A DNA stretch of 64,000 nucleotides, taken from NCBI GenBank assembly GCA_951406725.2, contig OX597834.1:7440001-7504000 (forward strand), written 5' to 3'. The position numbers and the translations under genes were made by a program. Under the pieces are notes generated by a model that saw only the letters and a list, made by a program, of their open reading frames with translations, did not search any database and had not been told where the DNA came from. Position 1 is the stretch's first letter; the number at the start of each line of letters is the position of its first letter. The DNA comes from Octopus vulgaris (lineage: Eukaryota). Positions 24,906-38,151 of this stretch are shown in pieces.

Positions 24906-25155
24906 GTGTGTGTGTGTGTGCATGTATACATTTATGCGTTTGTAACTTTGTGTTTGTGTTTGTCTTCCCACCATCGCTGACAACCGATTTTGGTGTGTTT
25001 ACGTAGGTGATCGGTTTCGCAAAAAATGACATAGAATAAGTACTAAGCCTACAAAGAATAAGTCCGGGTGGGGGGGGCGATTTATTCGGTTAAAACGCTT
25101 TAAGGCGGTGCTCCAGCATGGCCGCTGTCAAATCACTGAAACAAACGTAAGAGCA
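24900..25155 (+). mobile_element. SINE family B, 3' half
   Basis: Homologous to the 3' half of full B copies. Confidence 0.8.
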
Positions 25156-25207
25156 AAAATAGTTATGACGTTTAAGCCATAACTCCATATTATAAAATAA
25201 AAAATAA

Positions 25208-25455
25208 ATGTTCCTTCTCGAGCCATGCCAAGCTCATATGGGCCGGTTTCCCGGTTTCGGTAACGTAGAAATTCCCCACCTGGACAGGACGCCGGTCCGT
25301 CGCAGGGTTACTTATTTTTGCCAGCTGTGTGGACTGGAGCAGCGTGAAATGAAGTGTTTTGCTCAAGAACACAACGCATCGCCCGGTCCAGGATTCGAAA
25401 CCACAACCTTACGACCATGAGTTCAACACTCTAACCACAAAGCCACGCACCTCCA
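25208..25455 (-). mobile_element. SINE family E
   Basis: Homologous to 9598-9844. Confidence 0.85.
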
Positions 25456-25570
25456 CAACCCCATATTATACTGGTTTGACATTTTGCTACAAGGTCACCG
25501 ATTTCGAGAAAAGGGGTAGGTCGTTTACATTGACTCCAGTGCTTGACTGGTACTTATTTTATCCACCCGA

Positions 25571-25988
25571 AGGCGGCGAGCAGGCAGAAATGGTAGCACG
25601 CCGGGCGAAATGCGTAGCCGTATTTCCTCTGCCGTTACATTCTGAGTTCAAATTCCGCCGAGGTCGACTTTGCCTTTCATCCTTTCGGGGTCGATTAAAT
25701 AAGTACCAGTTACGTACTGGGGTCGATATAATCGACTTAATCCGTGTGTCTGTCCTTGTTTGTCCTCTCTGTGTTTAGCCCCTTGTGGGTAGTAAAGAAA
25801 TAGGTATTTCATCTGCCGTTACGTTGTGAGTTCAAATTCCGCCGAGGTCGACTTTGCTTTTCATCCTTTCGGTCGAATAAATAAGTACCAGTTACGTACT
25901 GGTGTCGATATAATCGACTTAATCTGTTTATCTGTCCTTGTTTGTCCTCTCTGTGTTTATCCCCTTGTGGTTAGTAAAGAAATAGGTA
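25571..25988 (+). mobile_element. SINE family C, head plus 2 bodies, nested in an older C copy
   Basis: GTACTTATTTTATCCACCCGA is duplicated at about 25550-25570 and 25986-26006. Confidence 0.88.
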
Positions 25989-26249
25989 CTTATTTTATCC
26001 ACCCGACAGTATGAGAGGCAATGTCAACGGAATTAGATCTCTGAACGTGAACTGGACCGACAAAATGCCACTAAGCTACTTGTCTGGTGTTCTTCCAATT
26101 TAGCCAGCTCACCGCTTTATGCCTCATATTACGGTGATCTCTATAGCTACATGGTTTAAGTTTATTTTTTAATTATACATTGGAAGAGGCAGAACACGAT
26201 ATAGGATGTATAAGTGAAAACCAGACTGGGTGGTCATTATTGAAAATCT

Positions 26250-26668
26250 GAGTGGCTGTGTGGTAAGTAGCTTGCTTACCAGCCACATGGTTCCGGGTTC
26301 AATCCCACTGCGTGGCATCTTGGGCAAGTGTCTTCTACTATAGCCTTGGGCCGACCAAAGCCTTGTGAGTGGATTTGGTAGACGGAAACTGAAAGAAGCC
26401 TGTCGTATATATGTATATATATTTATATGTATGCCTGTGTGTGTGTATATGTTTGTGTGTCTGTGTTTGTCCCCCTAGCATTGCTTGACAACCGATGCTG
26501 GTGTGTTTACGTCCCCGTCACTTAGCGGTTCGGCAAAAAGAGACCGATAGAAAAATTACTGGACTTACAAATAATAAGTCCCGGGGTCGATTTGCTTGAT
26601 TAAAGGCGGTGCTCCAGCATGGCCGCAGTCAAATGACTGAAACAAGTAAAAGAGTAAAAGAGTAAAAA
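26250..26668 (+). mobile_element. SINE family B
   Basis: Full-length copy. Confidence 0.92.
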
Positions 26669-27384
26669 GAGCAGGGAAGGTCTGGTTAGTCATGATCAAC
26701 CTAGGGCTAAAAAAAAATTTGAAGCAGTAAATTGTTGTTAAATTTTTGGCAAGGGAGAATTATTGGCATAAGCACAATTTTAATGCTAAAAAAACATTTA
26801 TACTCAGAAAAAGAAAAAAAAATCTAAAAGGAAGGAAATACAGAAAAAAAAATCAGCAAAAAATATGATAAAAGAAATATAAAAAAAAATCACTTTGAAT
26901 CAATTAGAAATTTATAGATTTTTGCTTATATTTGAGAGTATGTTTGTTTGTCTGCTTGTTTGTTTGTATAGCTATTTGTTTACACTGCTTATCAGTAGCA
27001 CCAATTCCACTGGCATTGGCAAATATTTTATATCTAAGTTCTCTTTCACATGGGAACGTTACGTTATAAATTGTGTTTTTTGGTTTTTTTTCTCAGCAAT
27101 TCCTTGTATATGATAAACCGTTTTATTATTATTATTATTATTATACGAGGCAAAAATAAAAATTAGATACGTTAATAAAATAAAGGATACATTATCAAGT
27201 ATTTTTGATGTCGTTATCGGTGTTGCTGTTGTTGTTGTTACTGTTGTTGTTGTTTTGTTGTGGTTGTTGTTGTTAGACTTCAAGTCCACCGTTCTCACGC
27301 AAATTTACGATTAGAGTGTTTCGCCAAAGATCATCCTCTCTTTTCACGTCTGCGGCGACTACACTCCTAATCTATGGTGCGACC

Positions 27385-27417
27385 TTCTTTCTTCCTTTCC
27401 TTCTTCATTCCTTCATT

Positions 27418-27467
<50 letters not shown>

Positions 27468-27697
27468 TTTATTTCTTCCTTTCTTTCTTGCTTTCTTTCT
27501 TTTCTCCTTTCTTTCTTTCTATCATTCTTTCTTTCTTTCTTCCTTTATTTTCTTTCTTTCTCGTTCCTTCCTTTCTTTCTTTCTTTCTTTCTTTCTCTCT
27601 CTCTCTCTTCCTTTCTTTCTTTCTCTCTTCCTTTCTTTCTTTCCTTCTTCCTTCCTTCCTTCCTTCCTTCCTTTCTTTCCTTCTTTCTTTCTTTCCT

Positions 27698-27736
<39 letters not shown>

Positions 27737-27782
27737 CCTTCCTTCCTCCCTCCCTTCTTTTCTTTCTTTCTTTTCTCTCTTT
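27385..27782. repeat. (CTTT)n/(CCTT)n polypyrimidine tract
   Basis: Seen directly in the sequence. Confidence 0.97.
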
Positions 27783-28489
27783 GAGCAATATTTGGAAGCC
27801 TGCTAATTTCAGTAGACCGGCTGAGCATGTAAATGATCCCTTATTGGAATTTGCAAAAAATATTTTCATGTTGTATTTAAAATGGTGGCTCAGTATTATC
27901 GGTTGCTATGGCAATTGAGGGCAGGTTAGATGAATGCGTTTTATCGATGCTACTGTTAATTGCTCGTCCTCTTCCTGGTTCAAAGCTTTGTACAACCAGA
28001 CAGCTGATCGGCTCTGGCTGCTGGAACTGGAACTAACCTCACGCTGTTGGAAGGTAGGTGTAGAAAGGGCGCGGGCCAAAATAGTACGTGCCCTTCTCAG
28101 CCATTGGTCAGTTGAAGCTTAGATGGTGTCACGTGACAGCTGGTGTTCACTGCTGGAGCCTACCACTGGTATTTAAGGGAAGATTCACTCGCCCGCTGAC
28201 ATTCGTTGAAGCTGCATCGAAGAAACCAATGAACAAAAAAAAGAAAACAAAGGATAAAGAAACAACGCCATCAAAATCAGAGAAGGAGACAGCTCTGAAA
28301 GTGGGCGCTCCGCCACGTCGAAAACAGTACAGGCGTAGGGGCCGAAACCGGACGTGGTTCCTCTTGATGATATCTTTAGCCACCGCATCCTCTAAAGGAG
28401 CTGTTGTGGAAGCGAACCGCGAAACATGGTTAGAATTCCTCCATTATCATTATTATCATTAAGGGGGCGAGATTGCATAGATAGTAATT

Positions 28490-30560
28490 TACGTAGGTTA
28501 TGGGCAGTTCCCATAAGCACTGGAAAATGCCATTTGGAATTCTTACATCTCCAGCATTGATAGACTCACTGTCACTGTTGAAATTGAACGTTGTTCTCCA
28601 TGATCTCATACTTACAGCCAAGAAGTTTTGCAGAGTAGGCGCTATTTTATACATTTCCAGACATTTCTTAATCCATGTATGCGGTAGACTTTCAGAAGCT
28701 TTTTATAGTCTCTCTAGGCTGCCGACAAGTTTTTGTATTGTTTGTGACAATCTTCCGAGATCATTTTATTGATGCGTAGCTGATCTTTACAACCATAGGA
28801 ATCTTGTTTACATAGTTTTACTCATTAGGGGTTATGCCACTTTCTATCTAAAAACTGTCAAGAGAGCTGTGGGTATTTTATAGATTGTTGTTAAGCAGGT
28901 TATGGGTCTATAAATTTTTGGCTCATTTATTTTGGAAGTTGGAATGTAACACCATTAACTATCCAAGAGGGAGTCATACTAGGTTGTTGCAAAACATTGT
29001 TGTAAAGTTTTGTTAGCAGTTCATGACTCTCTGGAAAGGCATTGAACCAGAAGTTAGGAATTCCATCCTTTCCTGGGGACTTCCATTTACTTGACTTTCT
29101 GAGAGCAGGTCTTCCATCCTCTACCTACATTCCCTCCCACATTTGCTCTTCTAAGGAGTCTAAGACAGTAGATATTTTATCCATCCAAGAGGCCATTTTG
29201 TGTTTTTCCTTCTGCTTAAATTCTATTCAATAATTGCTGCGCCCCTTCTTTAGATGGGACAGACTTTATTGTAACTGATATTTTCTCTAACTTCATGTAA
29301 ACATGGTGTTGAAGAATCTAATGCGCTTTTCATACCTTGCTATGCGGGCGGCTTTAGCACATGCCTTTTACTTGATATTTTCTATGGTGGTATCGATGTC
29401 AAATATAGTTTTAATATATTTTTTCTGTAATTCTCGGGTTTTTGTAGGCTTGATAGTCATGTCAAACTTATGGCTTTTTTAAAACATTCTCTATCAGACC
29501 CAAGTAGCTAAATTTGATATTGAATACTCTCTAGCAAAGTAGGCTTTTAATGAGATTGTTATCGTTTTCTAATCTTTTCACCACATAGAATCGTTGAGAT
29601 TTTCGCGGATGCATATTATAGGTGGTTGATATCTGTCATATCAACATCATTAGCTGAAATCATATCCTTAAGTGCAAGGTGGATTTTACCAATTACTTTC
29701 AGGTTTTGGTTAGAATTGCGAATTTCAGAGAGAGTGTCACGTTCATTCATCTTAGTTTCTTCAATTTTCAGCCATTCAATCATGATTTGGTTTTTTTTTT
29801 GGATCATATAATTCTGTTGGGTCAATGTCTGTGCGACTTTCTTCATCTATTTGATTTTCACCTGCTTTGGAACTTATGGTTGATTCAGAGAGCATTTCAC
29901 TTTGATTATCAGCTACATTTATATCATTACTGCATTTTCATCAGACTTGTGTTGGTCTACAATTATTTCCTCTGTAATACCTTCTTTAGCTGTCACTCCG
30001 TTCCCGTTATCCCTTACTGGTTGCTTAATTTGGTTAATCTGTAGTTCAGTTAAAAATTTGTTTTTTATTATGTTTCTTCTGATGTTAACAAGTTTGTATG
30101 ATCTTACTTCAATGTGCTTCTCTTTCCAATTTAGGTATCTCTGTTCAGTATTAGATTTATTTGTGGGGAAATACATGGCATGGTAGAAGGCCTGAAGAAC
30201 TTTGTCATCTCCCCTAGACTATTTTTCTTTCTTTTTCTTTAGTTATTTGATGACGATCGTGGATGGCCATCCGTTTGAATATGCCAGTTTTGGGGTACTT
30301 CCAGCTCCTGTGCTTCGGGAAAATTTGAACTGGTAGCTGATTTTTCATACCCAGTCAGGTTCCTGACGGGGGTACGCGGCTCTTGCTCAATCGGGTGACG
30401 GTAGATCTGGTTTGTATTTTGCTTTGTTATCACTGAAGAATTATCACTGGGAGTTGACACTAGGGGTCGGATCTGTCTGTTTAGGGTTAATTTTTTGAGA
30501 CAACACCACCTCCGTGTTCTCTGGATGAAAACATTGCGTATAACGTAGCTTCTTAAGGCT
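28490..30560 (-). pseudogene. Decayed R4/Dong-like LINE, N-terminal region and first half of the reverse transcriptase
   Basis: Minus-strand motifs KWKSPGKDGIPNFWF (about 29045-29095), YRPITCLTTIYK (about 28880-28915), WIKKCLEMYKI and IPNGIFQ; many stops and frameshifts. Confidence 0.85.
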
Positions 30561-30645
30561 AACGTATCTGTATTCGTCTGTATTTTTTGTTGATGGGCAT
30601 AGTTTTATGTGGTGTTTTAAACTTTTGAATTCTCTCTCTGTGTTA

Positions 30646-30868
30646 CTCTATTTACTCTATTACTTGTTTCAGTCATTTGATTGCGGCCATGCTGGAGCAC
30701 CACATTTAATCGAGCAACTCGACCGCGGGACTTATTCTTTGTAAGCCCAGTACTTATTCTATCGGTCTCTTTTGCCGAACCGCTAAGTAACGGGGACATA
30801 AACACACCAGCATCGGTTGTCAAGCAGTGGTAGGGGGACAAACACAGACACACAAACACACACACGCA

Positions 30869-30914
<46 letters not shown>

Positions 30915-31078
30915 TACGACAGGCTTCTTTAAGTTTCCGTCTACCAAATCCACTCACAAGGCTTTGGTCGGCCCGAGGCTATAGTAGAAGACACTTGCCC
31001 AAGGTGCGACGCAGTGGAACTGAACCCGGAACCATGTGGCTGGTAAGCAAGCTACTTACCACACAGCCACTCCTGCAC
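30646..31078 (-). mobile_element. SINE family B
   Basis: Full-length copy. Confidence 0.92.
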
Positions 31079-31308
31079 CTATGTTAGTTCGAAAAAATGA
31101 AAAAAAAATTCTTTTGCTTCGTTTGTGACAGGTGTTTTCATATGAGTGTATGTGTGTCTGGTAAATTTCACGTAGCTGTGTAAACGTTGGGATGTATGAG
31201 TAGCCCTATGGGTATTAAAATGCGTATATGATTGTGCTGACATCTGGGTATATGCGTAATTAATCAATTTACGTACCTACTGTTTTGTTCCCCTTGTATT
31301 TGTAAACA

Positions 31309-31692
31309 TGGAGGCGCAATGGCCCAGTGGTTAGGGCAGCGGACTCGCGGTCATAGGATCGCGGTTTCGATTCCCAGACCGGGCGTTGTGAGTGTTTATT
31401 GAGCGAAAACACCTAAAAGCTCCACGAGGCTCCGGCAGGGGATGGTGGTGATCCCTGTGTACTCTTTCACCACAACTTTCTCTCACTCTTACTTCCTGTT
31501 CCTGTTGTACCTGTATTTCAAAGGGCCAGCCTTGTCACTCTCTGTGTCACGCTGAATATCCCCGAGAACTACGTTAAGGGTGCACGTGTCTGTGGAGTGC
31601 TCAGCCACTTACACGTTAATTTCACGAGCAGGCTGTTCCGTTGATTCGGATCAACCGGAACCCTCATCGTCGTAACCGACGGGGTGCTTCCA
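31309..31692 (+). mobile_element. SINE family A, tail 1
   Basis: Full-length; TSD-like ATTTGTAA(A/G)CA. Confidence 0.93.
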
Positions 31693-31934
31693 TTTGTAAG
31701 CATTCCGATTTTGATTGCGCATGTGCCTTTTGCACATGTTTCACTGAGACATCGTGCATGTGAGAAACTGTGTTTCGTTTTGAAGTAAAATTTCGTTTCG
31801 GGATTATTTTCGTTAAAAGACCACCTCCTTGAACTCTTTCACAGGTTCCTTTATCCTATTCCACCGATGTAATAAGATGTAATATGTTTTTGAATGGAGG
31901 GCCCGGTGTAGCACATCCATTTTGTTATTCAGCC

Positions 31935-32213
31935 TTCCCTTCTTCTTCTTCTTCTTCTTCTTCTTCTTCTTCTCCTCATCTTCCTCCTCCTTCTTCTTCT
32001 TCTCCTCCTCCTCCTCCTTCTTCTCCTTCTTCTTCTGCTTCTTCTTCTTCTTCTTCTTCTTCTTCTTCTTCTTCCTTCCCCCTCTTCCTCCACTTCTTCT
32101 TCTTCTTCTTCTTCTCCCCCACCTCTACTTCTTTTTCTTCTTCTCCCCCTCCCTCTCTTCTTTTTCTTCTTCTTCTTCTCCTTCTTCCTCCCCCTCCTCC
32201 TCCACTTCTTCTT
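31935..32213. repeat. (CTT)n/(CCT)n microsatellite
   Basis: Seen directly in the sequence. Confidence 0.95.
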
Positions 32214-32680
32214 TTATGTTTGAATTCTGCATTACATTTGTACAAGTTGGCTCCAAGTCACGTCCAGAGGCCTCAAGAGACAACACATTAGAAGTTCATG
32301 TTGGTGTTATGCTTAGGGTGACATATATTTGGTTTTGTACATAGTGTTGTTCTAGAGAATGTTTAAGAAACCATAAGAAAATAATGTTTGTTTTAAAACT
32401 TGAGATTACATAGAAAGTATTTTGCGTAGGATATAGGCAGTTCCCATGAGCAGTATCTTTTGAAATTCTGCCATTTTGGGGTTTCCTGGTATTTGAGCTA
32501 GATAGCGATCAGCCCCTTTTACTATCATTCCAAGGGCACCAATGACAACAGGCATTGTTTTGGTATTCAGGTTCCACATTGCTAATTTCTATTTCAAGAT
32601 CTTTATACTTGCTCAGATTTTGGTAGGTCTTCACAGATACGTTTATATCGATTGGGACAGTCATATCAAGGAAGAGGCAT
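32214..32680 (-). mobile_element. R4/Dong-like LINE 3' fragment
   Basis: Homologous to 23248-23710. Confidence 0.88.
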
Positions 32681-32682
32681 TA

Positions 32683-32766
<84 letters not shown>

Positions 32767-32798
32767 TTATTATTATTATTAGTATCATCATTATTATT

Positions 32799-32836
<38 letters not shown>

Positions 32837-32913
32837 TATTATTATTATTGTTGTTGTTGTTATCATTATTGTTATTATTATTATTATCATTATCCTTATT
32901 ATTATTATTATTA

Positions 32914-32983
<70 letters not shown>

Positions 32984-33125
32984 TATTGCTGTCGTTGCTG
33001 TTGTTGTTATTGTGGTGGTGGTGATGATGACGATGATTAAGAGGTGGAGGAGGATAATGGTGATGATGATTATACAATGGTGGTGAAGAAGAAGACGAAG
33101 TCGACGATGATAATCATGGTGATAA
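32681..33125. repeat. (TAT)n/(CAT)n microsatellite
   Basis: Seen directly in the sequence. Confidence 0.97.
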
Positions 33126-33491
33126 AGTGGCCCCGAAGGGAATTCAATTCATTGGGCGATAACCGGTGACGAGAAAGAAGGTGCTTGAGAACTGCAGCTA
33201 AGTCAGATTACCGGCTTTATGAATATTTCATTATTTAGCCCCCAAATCAGTCTAGGATAACTTGTAGGAGCAGCACCGAAGAATGAAATTATGCTAATGT
33301 TGTTGTCATTCTTGTTGCTTAGCCGTAGGTCAACTCCCAATGAATTAAAAAAGCAACGCTGAAGAAAAAACATTGTCGTGATGTTGTTGTATTTGTTCCT
33401 GATGTTGTTTTTTTCCTGCTGTTTTTTTTTTTTTTTGGGGGGGGGGGGTTTAGGCTTAAATGAACTCTGAACAATAGCTGTAACTATTGTA

Positions 33492-33678
33492 GGAATGGCT
33501 GTGTGGTAAGTAGCTTGCTTACCAACCACATGGGTCCGGGTTCAGTCCCACTGCGTGGCACTTTGGGCAAGTAAGTGTCTTCTACTATAGCCTCGGGCCG
33601 ACCAAAGCCTTGTGAGTGGATTTGGTAGACGGAAACTGAAAGAAGCCCGTCGTATATATGTATATATATATGTATATA

Positions 33679-33718
<40 letters not shown>

Positions 33719-33910
33719 TCCCCCTAGCATTGCTTGACAACCGATGCTGGTGTATTTATGTCGCCTTTAATTAGTGGTTCGGCAAAAGAGACCGATAGAA
33801 TAAGTACTGGGCTTACAAAAGAATAAGTCCCGGGGTCGAGTTGCTCGATTAAAGGCGGTGCTCCAGCATGGCCACAGTCAAATGATTGAAACAAGTAAAA
33901 GAGTAAAGAG
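33492..33910 (+). mobile_element. SINE family B
   Basis: Full-length copy. Confidence 0.92.
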
Positions 33911-34579
33911 TATATGATCCAGTTTACCCTATTAAAAAAAAAAAAGATTGTGGCTTAAGACAGATTTGGTTGCTATTCTAGCAAGATCAAGTAGTGATGG
34001 CGCTTAGGTTTGTTCGGTGGATAAAGTGATTAAAATTTGAGCTTCAAAGAGAGGTGGTGCCTTTATTTAGACAGTACACACAGGCCAAATGCACTAAAAC
34101 TTTCACAAAAGCAGAAAGATGATAATCAGCTTAATTATTATTCGTTCATATCATCTCACATTAATGTAGGTTCCGTTTCTTTCATTGATCTGACGGCGAT
34201 ATAATCCATCAGATGTGTTATTTCACTCATCGGTGGGCATCGATTGAGAAACGTAGCAATGTCTGAGAGTAATACAAAGAGAGCGAAAATGGGAGAAGAC
34301 AATAAGAATGGTTTCAAATTTCAGCAGAAGGCCTGCAATTTTAGTGGGAGCGGTGGGGTAGTCGATTATCTTAACCACAACGTTCAAGTGATAACTATTT
34401 TATCAACCTTGAGAGAATGAAAGGCAAACTTGATCTCAGTGGTATTTGATCACAGAACATAAAAAGCCAGAATAAATGCCACTAAACACTTTGTTCGACG
34501 CACTGACGATTCTCCCTGCACGCTGCTTTAAGAATCGTAATTAACGTCATTACTGTTAACTCGGATCGTTAATTTATTT

Positions 34580-34882
34580 GTTTGTTCCTTCTCGAGTCAT
34601 GCCTGGCTCATTAGGGCCGGTTTCCCGATTTCCTTGGCGTATAGGTTCCCCACCTGGACGGGACGACAGTCCATCGCAGGTGAGCTGCAAGATGCAAGAG
34701 GAAAGAGTGAGAGAAATTTGTAGCGAAAGTGTCAGCTGAAGTTCGCCATTAGCTTCTGCCGGAGCCGCGTGGGGCTTAGGTGTACCGCTCTTAAACACAC
34801 ACATCGCCCGGTCTGAGATTCGAACCCTGCGATCCCTCGACCGCGAGTACGCTGCTCTAACTACTAGGCCATGTGCCTCCAC
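34580..34882 (-). mobile_element. SINE with an A-like head and an E-like tail
   Basis: Head related to family A; the tail GTCCCGTCCAGGTGGGGAA..GGGAAACCGGCCC is shared with family E. Confidence 0.8.
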
Positions 34883-35314
34883 GTTTTATTTATTTACCGA
34901 CTTCTAAAAGTGACCCTATTGGGATCATAATGAGCTCAAAGCGCAAAGGGTGGTAATAAATACTGCAAGGAAAAGGCGGCGAGCTTGTTGAATCGTTATC
35001 ACACCGGACAAAAGGTTTAGCCGTTTTTCGTCCGTCATTACATTCTGAATTCAAATTCCACCGAGATCGACTTTGGTTTTCAGCATCTCGGGGTCGATAA
35101 AATAAGTAGCAATTGACTACTCGGGGTCGATGTAGTCGACTTTCGTTTCCTCGGAATTGTGTCAAGATTGGAAACCAAAAAATATGGTGAAGCATTTTAT
35201 CCGAAACCTGAACGACTCTGCTAAGTCCATCATCTAACAATCACGAGCATTTTTAGAGAGTGATACAAAACTAACTTCTCAGATTTAGAAAGTTAAGTAT
35301 TTACTCCTGAGTAA

Positions 35315-35709
35315 TCTTTATATGTAAAAGTAAGATCGTGTGTTTGTCTCCTACGATTTAGATTCCTAACTACTCCCACATTTTGTGGTGCAGTTTAACT
35401 AAAACCGGATATCTTATAGTCGTGATTCATATCGAGCCCTTCTGGGTATTAGCGCGCGTCTACGATGAGTCTACGATTTTAAAAATAATTTACCATCATT
35501 TTTTCCCATTTTAATGCATTTTTCGCTATTATATAAGGGAAGTAACTCTCTAAAAATGTCTACGATGAGTCAACGATTTAAAGAAATTTACCATCATTTT
35601 TTTCCATTTTTAATGCATTTTTAAACTATTTTTTGGCTATAACTCTCTAAAAATGCTTTAGCGCGTTATTTCCCTCACAAACCCGAGCAACGCCGGGCGA
35701 TACTGCTAG
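35315..35709 (+). mobile_element. Non-autonomous Helitron, copy 3
   Basis: A|TC at 35315; hairpin CCCGAGCAACGCCGGG at 35682-35697; CTAG|T at 35706-35710. Confidence 0.9.
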
Positions 35710-35857
35710 TATATAATATCCCTCTTGTGGAATCATGTTTTTCGTGTTATTTTGCTATTTCGGGCTGCGGTGGTGCTCGTCACGTGGGTGTTGTTATTAC
35801 TGGTGGTGCTAATGATATTTAGGCTCAGGCCAGCTCTGGTCCAGCAGACCTATATTC

Positions 35858-36617
35858 TTTTCTACTCAAGTCACAAGGCCCGATATTTTGGGAGAACGGA
35901 GCAATCGATTAGATCGACCCCAGTACGCAACATGTACTTAATTTAACGACGCTGAAAGGATGAAAGGCAAAGTCGACCTCGGAGGAATTTGAACTCGGAA
36001 CGTAAAGACAGACGGAATACCTATTTCTTTACTGCCCACAAGGGGCTAAACATAGAGGGGACAAACAAGGACAGATAAACAGATTACGTCGATTATATCG
36101 ACCCCAGTGTGTAACTGGTTCTTATTTAATCAATTCCGAAAGAATGAAAGGCAAAGTCGACCTCGGCGGAATTTGAACACGGAACGTAAAGACAGACGAA
36201 ATAGATATTTCTATTTCTTTACTACCCACAAGGGGCCAAACACAGAGAAGACAAACAAGGACAGACAAACGGATTAAGTCGATTATATCGACCCCAAGCG
36301 TAACTGGTACTTATTTAATCGACCCCGAAAGGATGAAAGGCAAAGTTAACCTCGGTGGAATTTGAACTCAGAACGTAGCGGCAGACGAAATACCTATTTC
36401 TTTACTACCCACAAGGGGATAAACACAAAGGGGATAAACATGGACAGGCAAACGGATTACATCGACTCCAGTGCGTAACTGGTACTTATTTAATCGACCA
36501 CGAAAGGATGAAAGGCGAAGTCGACCTCGGCGGAATTTGAGCTCAGAACGCAGCGGCGGACGAAATAGCGGCAAGCATCTCGCCCGGCGTGCTAACGTTT
36601 CTGCCAGCTCGCCGCCT
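35858..36617 (-). mobile_element. SINE family C, head plus 4 bodies
   Basis: Four core copies and a single head at the right; the last unit has a different tail. Confidence 0.92.
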
Positions 36618-37202
36618 TACTAATTCCTTATATTAAAATGAGATGCATAAAGCAAATTTTCCAAGAACTAGAACATATTAGAATGAATTGACGAAATACC
36701 AGTTTCGAATCTCGGTAAGCTGATCTATTTATATAACTTCCCTCAAAGAGCAAACTTCTCGTTTGAAATAACAATTACATTAATAACTTAATTTCTGTTT
36801 TGTTTCCTAATGTGTCTAAACAGGATTTAAAGTTATCCGTTTCCAGAATCAGGGGAAGTTTAGTGCGACTTCTGAGGATACATCACAGCATATAAAATGA
36901 GAGGTGAACAGAAGATACTTTCGAACAAAAAGCTAGTACAATATTGGCATAAAAGTTTGCGATTCTTTGATATTTCTCAATGATGCGAAACATGAATATC
37001 AATGTTAGCTATCTTGGGTTGCTCTAATGTATTTAGTTTCTGTGTAATATCCTATGCGTGTATTCATGTTTATATGTTTATATGTGTTCATTTCTCCGTG
37101 TCTGTGTTTTTCGGTGTATATACGAGTGTCTGTGTGGCATGTGTGTATGTGTGTCTGTGTGTGTGTGTTTATGTGTGTCTGAGTCTTTATGAGTCTGTAT
37201 AG

Positions 37203-37588
37203 TGGAGGCGCAATGGCCCAGTGGTTAGGGCAGCGGACTCGCGGTCATAGGATCGCGGTTTCGATTCCCAGACCGGGCGTTGTGAGTGTTTATTGAGCGA
37301 AAACACCTAAAGCTCCACGAGGCTCCGGCAGGGGATGGTGGTGATCCCTGCTGTACTCTTTCACCACAACTTTCTCTCACTCTTACTTCCTGTTTCTGTT
37401 GTACCTGTATTTCAAAGGGCCGGCCTTGTCACTCTCTGTGTCACGCTGAATATCCCCGAGGACTACATTAAGGGTACACGTGTCTGTGGAGTGCTCAGCC
37501 ACTTACACGTTAATTTCACGAGCAGGCTGTTCCATTGATTCGGATCAACCGGAGCCCTCGTTGTCGTAACCGACGGAGTGCTTCCATC
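37203..37588 (+). mobile_element. SINE family A, tail 1
   Basis: Full-length; 14-bp TSD ATGAGTCTGTATAG. Confidence 0.95.
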
Positions 37589-38151
37589 ATGAGTCTGTAT
37601 AGATTAGGATAACAAGACATTGAATTATTTATCATATAGGCGACTAGATGAAAGGTCAATGGCAAAGTCTTTTACCATTCAGTTAGCCTCGTCCGACTAG
37701 CTGTAAAAAAATGCCACCACCGTAATTCCCTTATAGTGCTGGTTGATGTGTCCTTAATCGATCTGTTAAGCAGTTCTAGTGAAAGACCACAGCCTGGTTC
37801 CTGGGTGCTTTCAGTGAAGCGCAGTCTCATGTAAACATCCATCTATTAAAATATAGTCCCTAGAAACTTAACGCTATATACAACCTGGATTCGGTTTTCT
37901 TCATCCCGTCCTTTTGGCAAGAAGCCGTCCATCGCAGGATTACAGATCTTAGCCAGTTGAATTGAATACGGAAACGCAAGTTGAAATTGCTTTGCTCAAG
38001 AAAGCAACACATTGCTGGGCGAAGCATTCTTACGTTCCTGAATTCAAAAGCCTAACTTCTAAGTCACGCGCCTCTACATATAAACGCACACACAAATATA
38101 TATACACACTTACATACACACACACACACATATTTTCTTTTCTTTTTTCTT

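Noticed and set aside
28290-28370. Hairpins near GAAA in the GC-richer block
   Set aside because: No CUGANGA core is in the required position.
37203-37275. tRNA-Arg gene
   Set aside because: It has A and B boxes and a TCG-like loop, but the acceptor stem is incomplete and it continues into the SINE body in every copy.
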